A program made the translations under genes and the position numbers. A stretch of DNA of 64,000 nt from Candidatus Aenigmatarchaeota archaeon (GTDB lineage: Archaea; Aenigmatarchaeota; Aenigmatarchaeia; Aenigmatarchaeales; Aenigmatarchaeaceae): assembly GCA_043814985.1 (NCBI GenBank), contig JBDRJK010000019.1:32001-96000 (forward strand), in the 5' to 3' direction. This document shows, in pieces, positions 57,068-64,000 of this stretch. Numbering within the stretch: position 1 is the first letter of the stretch; each line of letters begins with the position of its first letter. The notes below the pieces were generated by a model. That model saw only the letters and a program-made list of their open reading frames with translations, searched no databases and was not told where the DNA came from.

Positions 57068-58099
57068 ATGCTTCCTACGGTGAGTTTGATTGTTCCAGCG
57101 AGGAACGAGGAGAAGGTTATAGGCAAATGCGTAAGAAGTTTGTTAAATTTGGACTATCCCAGAGACAAGCTAGAGTTAATAGTTGCAATAGACGGCTCCA
57201 AGGACAGAACCTTAGAGATATGCAAGAGCTTTGGTAGGAGAGTGAGGGTCATAAAATCCTGTCCAAAGACATGCAAGGGAGACGCCTTGAACAATGTGAT
57301 ACCCAAGGCAAAAGGCGAGATAATAGGTATCTATGATGCTGACTGTATTGTTGATAAAAACTGCCTGAAACATGCTGTCAAGCACTTTTCTGATAAAAAA
57401 ATAGCAGGAGTTTGCGGCAATCTCAAGTCCCACAACAAGGAGCAGGGCATGATTGCAAGGTCACTGGCCCTAGAAACCAGCTTCATATCTTTCATAGAGT
57501 ACTTCCTTAACAGTCTCGGAGCCAACACACATTTCTTTGGAAAGAACATGTTCATAAGAAAGAATGTTTTGATGGATGTGGGCTGTTTTGACACTGAGAC
57601 TTTTGTGGAAGACGTGGAGATGTCAATAAAGCTGAAAAAATACGGTTACAAGACGGTTTTCGAGCCCAATGCAATTGCATGGAACGAGGAGCCGCCTTCC
57701 TTCAGAGCATTCTTCAAGCAGCGTATAAGATGGGCCAGAGGAGCTGCAAAGCTGCTTAAGTACAAAAGAAGGCATGGAAAGGAATTCTTGTCAGATGCAA
57801 TGCACGGCATATACTTCTACGTTCCACCTTTCGGTCTTATAACAGCAACTGTCCTTGCAATTGTTATGCAGTTCGGCTTGCCCTTTTTCTTGATACTTCC
57901 CTTTATTGTCCTTTTTATGTTCAACATGGTTCTGCTGGTTTATTCGAGGATAAAGTTCAAGGAGCCTATGGGAGATTTGCTTTATCTGCCGGTGTGGTTT
58001 GTTTTGAGCAATGTTCACTTGGTCTTGTTGCTCAAAGGCCTTCTAGATGAGAAAATGGAAAAGAGTGTTTCTTGGAATTCTGTCAGGGCATTTTCTTAA
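57068..58099 (+). CDS. Processive-type GT2 glycosyltransferase with C-terminal TMs
   Basis: DGSKD, DAD, ED, QRIRW. Confidence 0.92.
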   Translation: MLPTVSLIVPARNEEKVIGKCVRSLLNLDYPRDKLELIVAIDGSKDRTLEICKSFGRRVRVIKSCPKTCKGDALNNVIPKAKGEIIGIYDADCIVDKNCLKHAVKHFSDKKIAGVCGNLKSHNKEQGMIARSLALETSFISFIEYFLNSLGANTHFFGKNMFIRKNVLMDVGCFDTETFVEDVEMSIKLKKYGYKTVFEPNAIAWNEEPPSFRAFFKQRIRWARGAAKLLKYKRRHGKEFLSDAMHGIYFYVPPFGLITATVLAIVMQFGLPFFLILPFIVLFMFNMVLLVYSRIKFKEPMGDLLYLPVWFVLSNVHLVLLLKGLLDEKMEKSVSWNSVRAFS

Positions 58100-58141
58100 A
58101 TGTAAATATATAAAAACACTTGCATATTATTCTCTTAAACA

Positions 58142-58250
58142 GGGGTCATAGTCCAACCAGGCCAAGACGGCTGGCTCCAGTCATGGAGCTTTGATTCCGA
58201 AGATGAAAGGAAGAAACCAGCTGATGGGGGTTCAAATCCCTCTGACCCCA
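58142..58250 (+). tRNA. tRNA-Trp(CCA) with 35-nt intron (58181-58215)
   Basis: GGGGUCA/UGACCCC acceptor; GCUGG/CCAGC anticodon stem. Confidence 0.92.
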
Positions 58251-58265
58251 CTTCATTGTGATTGT

Positions 58266-58664
58266 ATGGATTGTGTCTTTTGCAAGATTGTGAAGGGGGA
58301 GATACCCTGCCACAGGGTTTATGAGGACGATGAGTTCTTTGCATTTTTTGATATAAATCCTCTGAACCCAGGACATACTCTCCTTATTCCCAAGAAGCAT
58401 GTCCAGTGGGTTAATGATTATGAGCCATTTTGCAGTTACTGGCAAACAGCAAGGAAAGTAGCTAATGTGATACAGAAGGTTCTTGACCCTTTGGTTGTCT
58501 CCTATGTTGTATATGGTTTGGGTGTTCCCCACGCGCACATACATCTGATACCAAAGTTCGAGAACGACGAGCATCCATTGGGACCCAACCCTGAGAAGGT
58601 GCAGAAGATACCAGAAGAGGAAATGAAAAAAATCGCTGAGAAAATAAGAAAGTCTTTTAAATAA
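58266..58664 (+). CDS. HIT-family nucleotide hydrolase
   Basis: MDCVFCKI, GHTLLIPKKH, HAHIHLIP; start reassigned to 58266. Confidence 0.95.
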   Translation: MDCVFCKIVKGEIPCHRVYEDDEFFAFFDINPLNPGHTLLIPKKHVQWVNDYEPFCSYWQTARKVANVIQKVLDPLVVSYVVYGLGVPHAHIHLIPKFENDEHPLGPNPEKVQKIPEEEMKKIAEKIRKSFK

Positions 58665-58687
58665 TTACAATTAAAATCTATTCTAGA

Positions 58688-58759
58688 GCGCCGATAGTCT
58701 AATGGTTAGGACTTCAGCCTTCCAAGCTGATAATCCGGGTTCGAATCCCGGTCGGCGCA
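58688..58759 (+). tRNA. tRNA-Gly(UCC)
   Basis: Full cloverleaf GCGCCGA/UCGGCGC. Confidence 0.95.
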
Positions 58760-58766
58760 CATTTTT

Positions 58767-60194
58767 GTGATTAACATGAGGATAGTCTTATGCACACCAC
58801 CATTCAGGACGACTGATTATTGCTGGCCACCTCTGGGTCTATTGTATATGGCTTCCTATCTCAAGACAAAAAGCAGCCATGTTGTGAAGGTCATTGACGC
58901 TTATTACAGCATGAATGAGAAGCAGTTTCTGGATCAAATGAAGAAGGAGAAGCCTGACGTGATAGGCTTCAGCTGTACAACTTACACATTCTTGAAATCA
59001 ATGGAACTGCTTAAGAAAATAAAAAATGCCCTTCCCAACACCACAATTGTTCTGGGCGGCATCCATGCGACATTCTTTGCTGACAAGATATTGAAGAACT
59101 ACAAGTTCATAGACTTTGTGGTCAGAGGAGAAGGTGAGATTGCCTTTACGGAACTGGTCAATAATCTGGGGAACAGGAAGAAACTGATAAATATCAATGG
59201 ACTGGCCCTTCGCGATAAAGGCAAGATAATAAGCAACGAGCCAAGCTTTATCTCTGATTTGGACTCCTTACCTTTGCCAGACAGAAGGCTTTTGGGGAAC
59301 AATGACTATTCACAGTACTGGTTTGGTCTGAAGCTTAACTTTGGAAAGTTCACCACGCTCCTGACATCAAGGGGGTGTCCGCACAATTGCAATTTCTGCT
59401 GTTGTTCCGCCCTGTTCAAGAGAAGATGGAGAACAAAGTCTGTAAAAAACATCCTTGATGAGTTGGAGGAGATGTACTTGCAGGGTTACGGGACCTGCAT
59501 TATTGTTGATGACAACTTTACCTTGAATCCCAAAAGAGTTGTTCAGATATGTAGGGGCATAAGAAAGAGAAAAATAAAGATGAATTTCCATTGCGAGGGA
59601 AGGGTCGACAGGACAGACCCCAAAATATTGAAGGAAATGAGAAAGGCAGGCTTTTCAACCATATACTTTGGGATGGAAAGCGGGGTCCAGAAGGCTCTTG
59701 ATTATTACAAGAAGGGGATTAAGGTTGAGCAAATCAAGAATGCTGTCAGGAATGTTAAAAAGGCTAGGATGAATGCTATAGGATCCTTCATAATAGGTTC
59801 CCCGGTAGAGACCAAGGAGGATGTAATGAAGACACTTGAATTCGCTTCTGGGTTGAAAATAGGTCTTCAGATAAACATACTAGAGCTTGTTCCAGGATCA
59901 GAGATATGGATGGATAATATTAAGAAGATGGGAAAGGACGACTGGAAGAAGGCGCATTTCATAACAGAATTCTATGACAACTTCACAAGAAAGGAGATGC
60001 TTTATTTTAGGGACTTGGGCTATAAGATGCTGTCTGAAAAGTGGATGAAAGTAAGTTCTGTGAAGGAACTGCCCAGCCTGTTGACAAGCTATAACGTAAA
60101 GGTTATAGTATCAAACATTTCCAAAGACCCATACTTATTCGTAAAACAGTTGAGCAAAATTCACAAAAAGGGTCTGTACCCTTTCAAGGTATGA
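58767..60194 (+). CDS. Cobalamin-binding radical SAM protein
   Basis: PPLGLLY, GGIHAT, GEGE, SRGCPHNCNFC, G.ESG. Confidence 0.93.
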   Translation: MINMRIVLCTPPFRTTDYCWPPLGLLYMASYLKTKSSHVVKVIDAYYSMNEKQFLDQMKKEKPDVIGFSCTTYTFLKSMELLKKIKNALPNTTIVLGGIHATFFADKILKNYKFIDFVVRGEGEIAFTELVNNLGNRKKLININGLALRDKGKIISNEPSFISDLDSLPLPDRRLLGNNDYSQYWFGLKLNFGKFTTLLTSRGCPHNCNFCCCSALFKRRWRTKSVKNILDELEEMYLQGYGTCIIVDDNFTLNPKRVVQICRGIRKRKIKMNFHCEGRVDRTDPKILKEMRKAGFSTIYFGMESGVQKALDYYKKGIKVEQIKNAVRNVKKARMNAIGSFIIGSPVETKEDVMKTLEFASGLKIGLQINILELVPGSEIWMDNIKKMGKDDWKKAHFITEFYDNFTRKEMLYFRDLGYKMLSEKWMKVSSVKELPSLLTSYNVKVIVSNISKDPYLFVKQLSKIHKKGLYPFKV

Positions 60195-60742
60195 GTATGG
60201 ATAAAACACAAAATGAAATAATCAAGACTGCTGCAGAAATTATTAGGAAAGGTCAAATAGTCGTGTATCCGACAGACACTGTCTATGGTATTGGTGGTGA
60301 TGCTACTTCTGAGGAGGTTGTTAGGAAAGTATACGAAATAAAGAGGAGACCTATGAATATGCCGATTTCAGTTCTTGTTTCAGACTTTGAAATGCTTGAG
60401 AAATATGCTGAAATAAACGAAGAGCAAATGGCTATCTTAAAGAAATTTTTACCAGGACCCTTCACCTTCATTCTAAAGCCAAAAATAAGGCTTTTTGTTT
60501 CTCGGGGTACAGTTGGGTTCAGAATACCAAATCACTGGTGCACCCTGATAGTTAAGGAATTTGGAAAGCCAATAACAACCACATCAGCCAACATACACCA
60601 ACAGACTACTCCTGATAACATAGAAAAAATAAGAGATAATTTTAAGGAATCTGTTTCTCTATACATAGATGAAGGAACTCTAGAAGGAAAGCCTTCAAAG
60701 GTTGTAGACTTGATAGATAGATTAAAAGTGATTAGAGAATGA
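60191..60742 (+). CDS. Threonylcarbamoyl-AMP synthase (YrdC/TsaC/Sua5 domain)
   Basis: YPTDTVYG, K.R, PGPFT, TTSAN. Confidence 0.95.
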   Translation: MSMDKTQNEIIKTAAEIIRKGQIVVYPTDTVYGIGGDATSEEVVRKVYEIKRRPMNMPISVLVSDFEMLEKYAEINEEQMAILKKFLPGPFTFILKPKIRLFVSRGTVGFRIPNHWCTLIVKEFGKPITTTSANIHQQTTPDNIEKIRDNFKESVSLYIDEGTLEGKPSKVVDLIDRLKVIRE

Positions 60743-60900
60743 AATACAAAAGGTTCAAACAATTCAAGGACCAGAGAAGGAAGATAGCAGAAGAGAGGAT
60801 AGAAATACTTGAAGGCATGGTAAAGAAGAAGCCTGAGTTCGAAAAGAGGTATAAAGAACTAATAAAAAGGATAGCTAAGAAATATAGATTAAACATTTAA
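60739..60900 (+). CDS. Truncated RNase P protein Rpp21-like (N-terminal helices only), 53 aa
   Basis: Hand translation RKIAEERIEIL...PEFEKRY..LI..IAKKYRLNI; sits just upstream of rps19e, where rpp21 is often found. Confidence 0.7.
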   Translation: MKYKRFKQFKDQRRKIAEERIEILEGMVKKKPEFEKRYKELIKRIAKKYRLNI

Positions 60901-60924
60901 ATATTAAAGACGTAAAGTGAGTTT

Positions 60925-61329
60925 ATGAAACAAGTGCCACCACAGAAGATTGTAGAGAGAGTTTCAGAGAGACTGAAGAAGGACGAGAACATCAAGCCTC
61001 CACAGTGGTCTAAGTTCGTGAAGACAGGTATGTCAAGCGAAAGGCCCCCTATAAAAGAGGACTGGTGGTTTTCCAGGTCCGCAGCCATTCTGAGAAGGAT
61101 TTATGTTCATGGGCCTGTTGGCACGCAGAGACTTAGGACGTCTTTGGGAGGCAGGAGAAGAAGAGGACACAAGCCTGCTCACCGTGCCAGTGCTGGAGGA
61201 AAGATAATAAGGACAATTCTTCAGCAGTTGGAAAAGGCTGGTTATGTTAAAATAGTTGAGAATCCAAAAAAGGGAAGAGTAATAACGCCCAAGGGCCAGA
61301 AACTTTTGGAAAAGGCTGCAGGTGGATAA
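60925..61329 (+). CDS. rps19e: Ribosomal protein eS19
   Basis: PP.W..FVKTG...ERPP, WW..R.A.ILR, IIR.ILQQLE, GR.ITP.G. Confidence 0.97.
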   Translation: MKQVPPQKIVERVSERLKKDENIKPPQWSKFVKTGMSSERPPIKEDWWFSRSAAILRRIYVHGPVGTQRLRTSLGGRRRRGHKPAHRASAGGKIIRTILQQLEKAGYVKIVENPKKGRVITPKGQKLLEKAAGG

Positions 61330-61585
61330 GATGAAGAGCGATGATGTCAAGCAGTTCGAGGATTTGAAGAACCAGACTCTCAGGAAGGTCCTGTCCAAAA
61401 ACGCCCTTGAAAGGCTTGGTAGAGTTAAGCTGGCAAACCCTGTGCTTGCGACCCAGTTGGAGATGTACTTGCTTCAGGCTTTCCAGACTGGCCAGTTGAA
61501 GGGAAACGTTGATGATAAAAAGCTGAAACAGATTCTCAATATCCTAGTTCCAAAAAAGAGGAAGACGAGTATCAAGAGAAAGTGA
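61322..61585 (+). CDS. PDCD5-like DNA-binding protein
   Basis: LR.VL...A.ERL.RVKLA.P, LK.IL. Confidence 0.88.
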   Translation: MDKMKSDDVKQFEDLKNQTLRKVLSKNALERLGRVKLANPVLATQLEMYLLQAFQTGQLKGNVDDKKLKQILNILVPKKRKTSIKRK

Positions 61586-61589
61586 TTAT

Positions 61590-61757
61590 ATGCCCAAGGC
61601 AAACCCATTAGCAAAAAAACTGAGACTGATAGCCGCTGGCAAGAAGAAGCCAGCTCCTAGATGGGCTGATCTGAAAAAGCATGGGAAGAGAGCTAGGACC
61701 AGAAGAATTGCTGTTCATGTTACAAAGCACTGGAGAAGAGGAAGACTAAAGAAATAA
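61590..61757 (+). CDS. rpl39e: Ribosomal protein eL39
   Basis: Hand translation KKLRL...P.W...HWRR.RLK; follows the PDCD5 gene. Confidence 0.85.
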   Translation: MPKANPLAKKLRLIAAGKKKPAPRWADLKKHGKRARTRRIAVHVTKHWRRGRLKK

Positions 61758-61768
61758 TACTCTGACTA

Positions 61769-62473
61769 TTATTTTATATTCATTCCAAGCAATTTTAAAA
61801 CATTTCTTACAAGAGGATGATTCATTATCCTGTCCAGACCATCCAGTTTTTCTATTGTGGCCAATATACCCAGAGTGTAGAGACCGTATAACAGTGGTAT
61901 GAGAAGGGAAAACCCATTGGGATAACCGTAGCTACCGCTTCCAATAACTGTTATTTCAACTATAATATCAACAACAGCGATAACCATGGCCAATATCAGG
62001 GCACTCTCCCTGTTTTTCTTTGGAATGTTCGCTATGCCCCACAAGCCTACCACTATTGCCAGTGGCATCATGTCAGGTAGTGGCTCCAGATAGAGGTCCC
62101 TGATATAAAGTACGAGCGCAGAGAAAATCAGAGCATAGAAAATGGCGTTTGCCCCTATTAGGAATTTTACTTTTTTAAAATTCAGGAATAAGAACCTGAC
62201 AATGACTCCAAGTGAGAAAAATAAAAACACCAACTCTACGGGTACCAGCCCAAAGACAAAGAAGAGGGATTCATTGTATGTCCAGTGTCCGTTCAGCGTG
62301 CCAAAGTATTCAAAAATGAAATCTGCAAGTGCTACAATAAGGCCTATTCTCCAGTACTTTTCAATTTCCTTTAATTCCTTCCTCTTGAGAATTATAATCA
62401 GCACCGAGAGTGCTGTTGCGAAAAGCGATAGTAATGTCAAGTAGCCTAGCATGGTCGATACCTTATTACTCAA
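61769..62473 (-). CDS. Multi-pass membrane protein
   Basis: ~7-8 TMs, G.W.Y...GLVPVE motif. Confidence 0.7.
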   Translation of the reverse strand: MSNKVSTMLGYLTLLSLFATALSVLIIILKRKELKEIEKYWRIGLIVALADFIFEYFGTLNGHWTYNESLFFVFGLVPVELVFLFFSLGVIVRFLFLNFKKVKFLIGANAIFYALIFSALVLYIRDLYLEPLPDMMPLAIVVGLWGIANIPKKNRESALILAMVIAVVDIIVEITVIGSGSYGYPNGFSLLIPLLYGLYTLGILATIEKLDGLDRIMNHPLVRNVLKLLGMNIK

Positions 62474-62507
62474 TGATGTTTTTTCTACCTCAAATATCTT
62501 TCACTCT

Positions 62508-63368
62508 CTATGTTAATAGTTTCAATTCTTCCATTCTCTTCTTAGCATCTATCGAGCTTCTGAAAAGGTGCCAAAATATCTTTTGCAACCATTCAACCCA
62601 TTGCTCATCATAAATATAGTAAAGAATGTACATCTTTTCTTTCATCTCGTCCTTTGAGTAGTCCTTGGGATCCAATGATTCCCTTAGGATAGCTACCTTG
62701 TTGTCTATTATGTTGCCTCTTATGGGATGGAAGCAGTGTCTTACCTCAACAACATCTCTTCCTGTCTTCTGGTTTATTGAGAGAACATTCTGTATATTGT
62801 CTATGCCTGCCAATTCCACCCTGTTCAAGAACTTCAGTGAAATTTTATCTTTGCCCATAACCTCCAAAACATTAAAGATTCTCTTCTTTTGGTCTGTTAG
62901 GTTGACAAATGATAGATTCCCTGATAAAAATAATATTTGCTTCTCTGCTTGCCTGAGCTCGTTCACAAATTCTTTGAAATGCGAGGATGAACTATATTCT
63001 TTTTTATTGATCATCTTCATTTCTTTCTTGTCATTGTCAATGAACTGGAATATTTCTGAAGGGCTGAAGTCTTTGTGGTACCTGCCAAAAATTATTTGTT
63101 TGAAAAGTCTTTCTTGAATATTAGATGCATGGAATTTCTCCATATTATTCCAGAAAACAACCTTTAGCGAGCCTCTGGTACCTCCCCTGAAGACCCTTGA
63201 GGAGATGGTTCCCTGTTCCTTTTCTATTTTTTCCACATAATTGTTGGCTGTTCTCCAGTTAATATTAATGTACTTCGCTATCTCATTGATGCTTCTAGGC
63301 TTCTGATAGACGAATTCATTGATTTTCTTTGTTATTTCCTTGGTTAGAACCATGCTAATAATATACAA
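62508..63368 (-). CDS. HTH regulator with TrmB-like C-terminal domain
   Basis: PRSINEIAK..NWRTA..Y; IIDNK...W PLD-like tail. Confidence 0.7.
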   Translation of the reverse strand: MYIISMVLTKEITKKINEFVYQKPRSINEIAKYININWRTANNYVEKIEKEQGTISSRVFRGGTRGSLKVVFWNNMEKFHASNIQERLFKQIIFGRYHKDFSPSEIFQFIDNDKKEMKMINKKEYSSSSHFKEFVNELRQAEKQILFLSGNLSFVNLTDQKKRIFNVLEVMGKDKISLKFLNRVELAGIDNIQNVLSINQKTGRDVVEVRHCFHPIRGNIIDNKVAILRESLDPKDYSKDEMKEKMYILYYIYDEQWVEWLQKIFWHLFRSSIDAKKRMEELKLLT

Positions 63369-63427
63369 CTATGTGTATAAAAAAGTGTATGTAATATACA
63401 TATTTTGTACAACTATAAACTAATTAT

Positions 63428-63727
63428 ATGAAAAGAAATGTGAATTGGAAAAAATTCAAGAAACTGCTTGATAAGAATGAAGCAGGGTATGGTGCCATCA
63501 AGTATAGAGAAACCGTTGATAAACTACTCGAGGACGAAATATTCAGCTTTAAGCCAGAAGGCAATTACCAGATAGTGGGGTGTAACGTGGTTCTTAATCC
63601 CCACTCACATATATTGACTCTCTATTTCACAAGAAAGTCTGACGCTGTCAAATATGCAAATAAAAATTATGGCAATGCTTTATACGAGGTAATGGTTGAC
63701 AAGATAGAAACTCTTGTTCGGAGTTGA
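63428..63727 (+). CDS. Hypothetical protein
   Basis: 99-aa ORF, divergent from the regulator. Confidence 0.55.
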   Translation: MKRNVNWKKFKKLLDKNEAGYGAIKYRETVDKLLEDEIFSFKPEGNYQIVGCNVVLNPHSHILTLYFTRKSDAVKYANKNYGNALYEVMVDKIETLVRS

Positions 63728-64000
63728 TTAAATGTCTATGCATCCTGATATAATTAAACTGACACATGAATTGTTTCCTGTAATAGCTGAATTTATAATC
63801 CAAAAAGAAAAGGAAAAGGAAAGGAAGGGGTTTCAGAGCCGCAAATACATCAATACTTTCATAAGTTGAGCCAGGAGGGAGGTGTAGATGGTTTGACATT
63901 CAGATATGAGACATTGGAAAGGCCATGGAGTACACAATTAGAACAAGTCATAACAAACAATACTAGAAGTGGACGAATCGAACAAATTGGGAACTCTTTA

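Noticed and set aside
63648..64000. ORFs at the right edge
   Set aside because: No convincing frame or motif; truncated by the window end
1..64000. CRISPR array or IS transposase
   Set aside because: No regularly spaced repeats, cas genes or transposase motifs seen

Overview
Archaeal chromosomal window, most likely from a DPANN-type archaeon (inferred from the solitary 5S rRNA, TATA boxes ~25-30 nt before many start codons, the MKGQ-type pilin locus and reduced RNA-processing parts). Housekeeping content: RNase P RNA, TBP, DEAD-box helicase, Sec61-beta, ArgRS, archease, RtcB, Rpo4, Trm1, aIF5B, aIF2-gamma, ribosomal proteins eS6/eS19/eS26/eL39, PPDK, Sua5, 5S rRNA and seven tRNAs (four with introns). 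Accessory content: two radical-SAM/PqqD RiPP clusters, each with a YxxP-leader precursor (one missing from the ORF track); a Tad/type IV pilus locus; a ~7.3 kb tyrosine-recombinase element flanked by a 14-bp direct repeat that contains the archease start codon; and a lower archaeal (anhydromevalonate-phosphate) mevalonate pathway cluster. The strongest unexplained signals are (i) 35-36 nt tRNA-Trp and tRNA-Met introns sharing an antisense-to-own-anticodon + UUGA...AAGAUGA layout that places C34 at the box C/D +5 position, (ii) the two RiPP systems, and (iii) an RNase P RNA with a collapsed specificity domain together with an Rpp21 lacking its zinc ribbon. All family calls come from motifs read by eye; no database searches were run.
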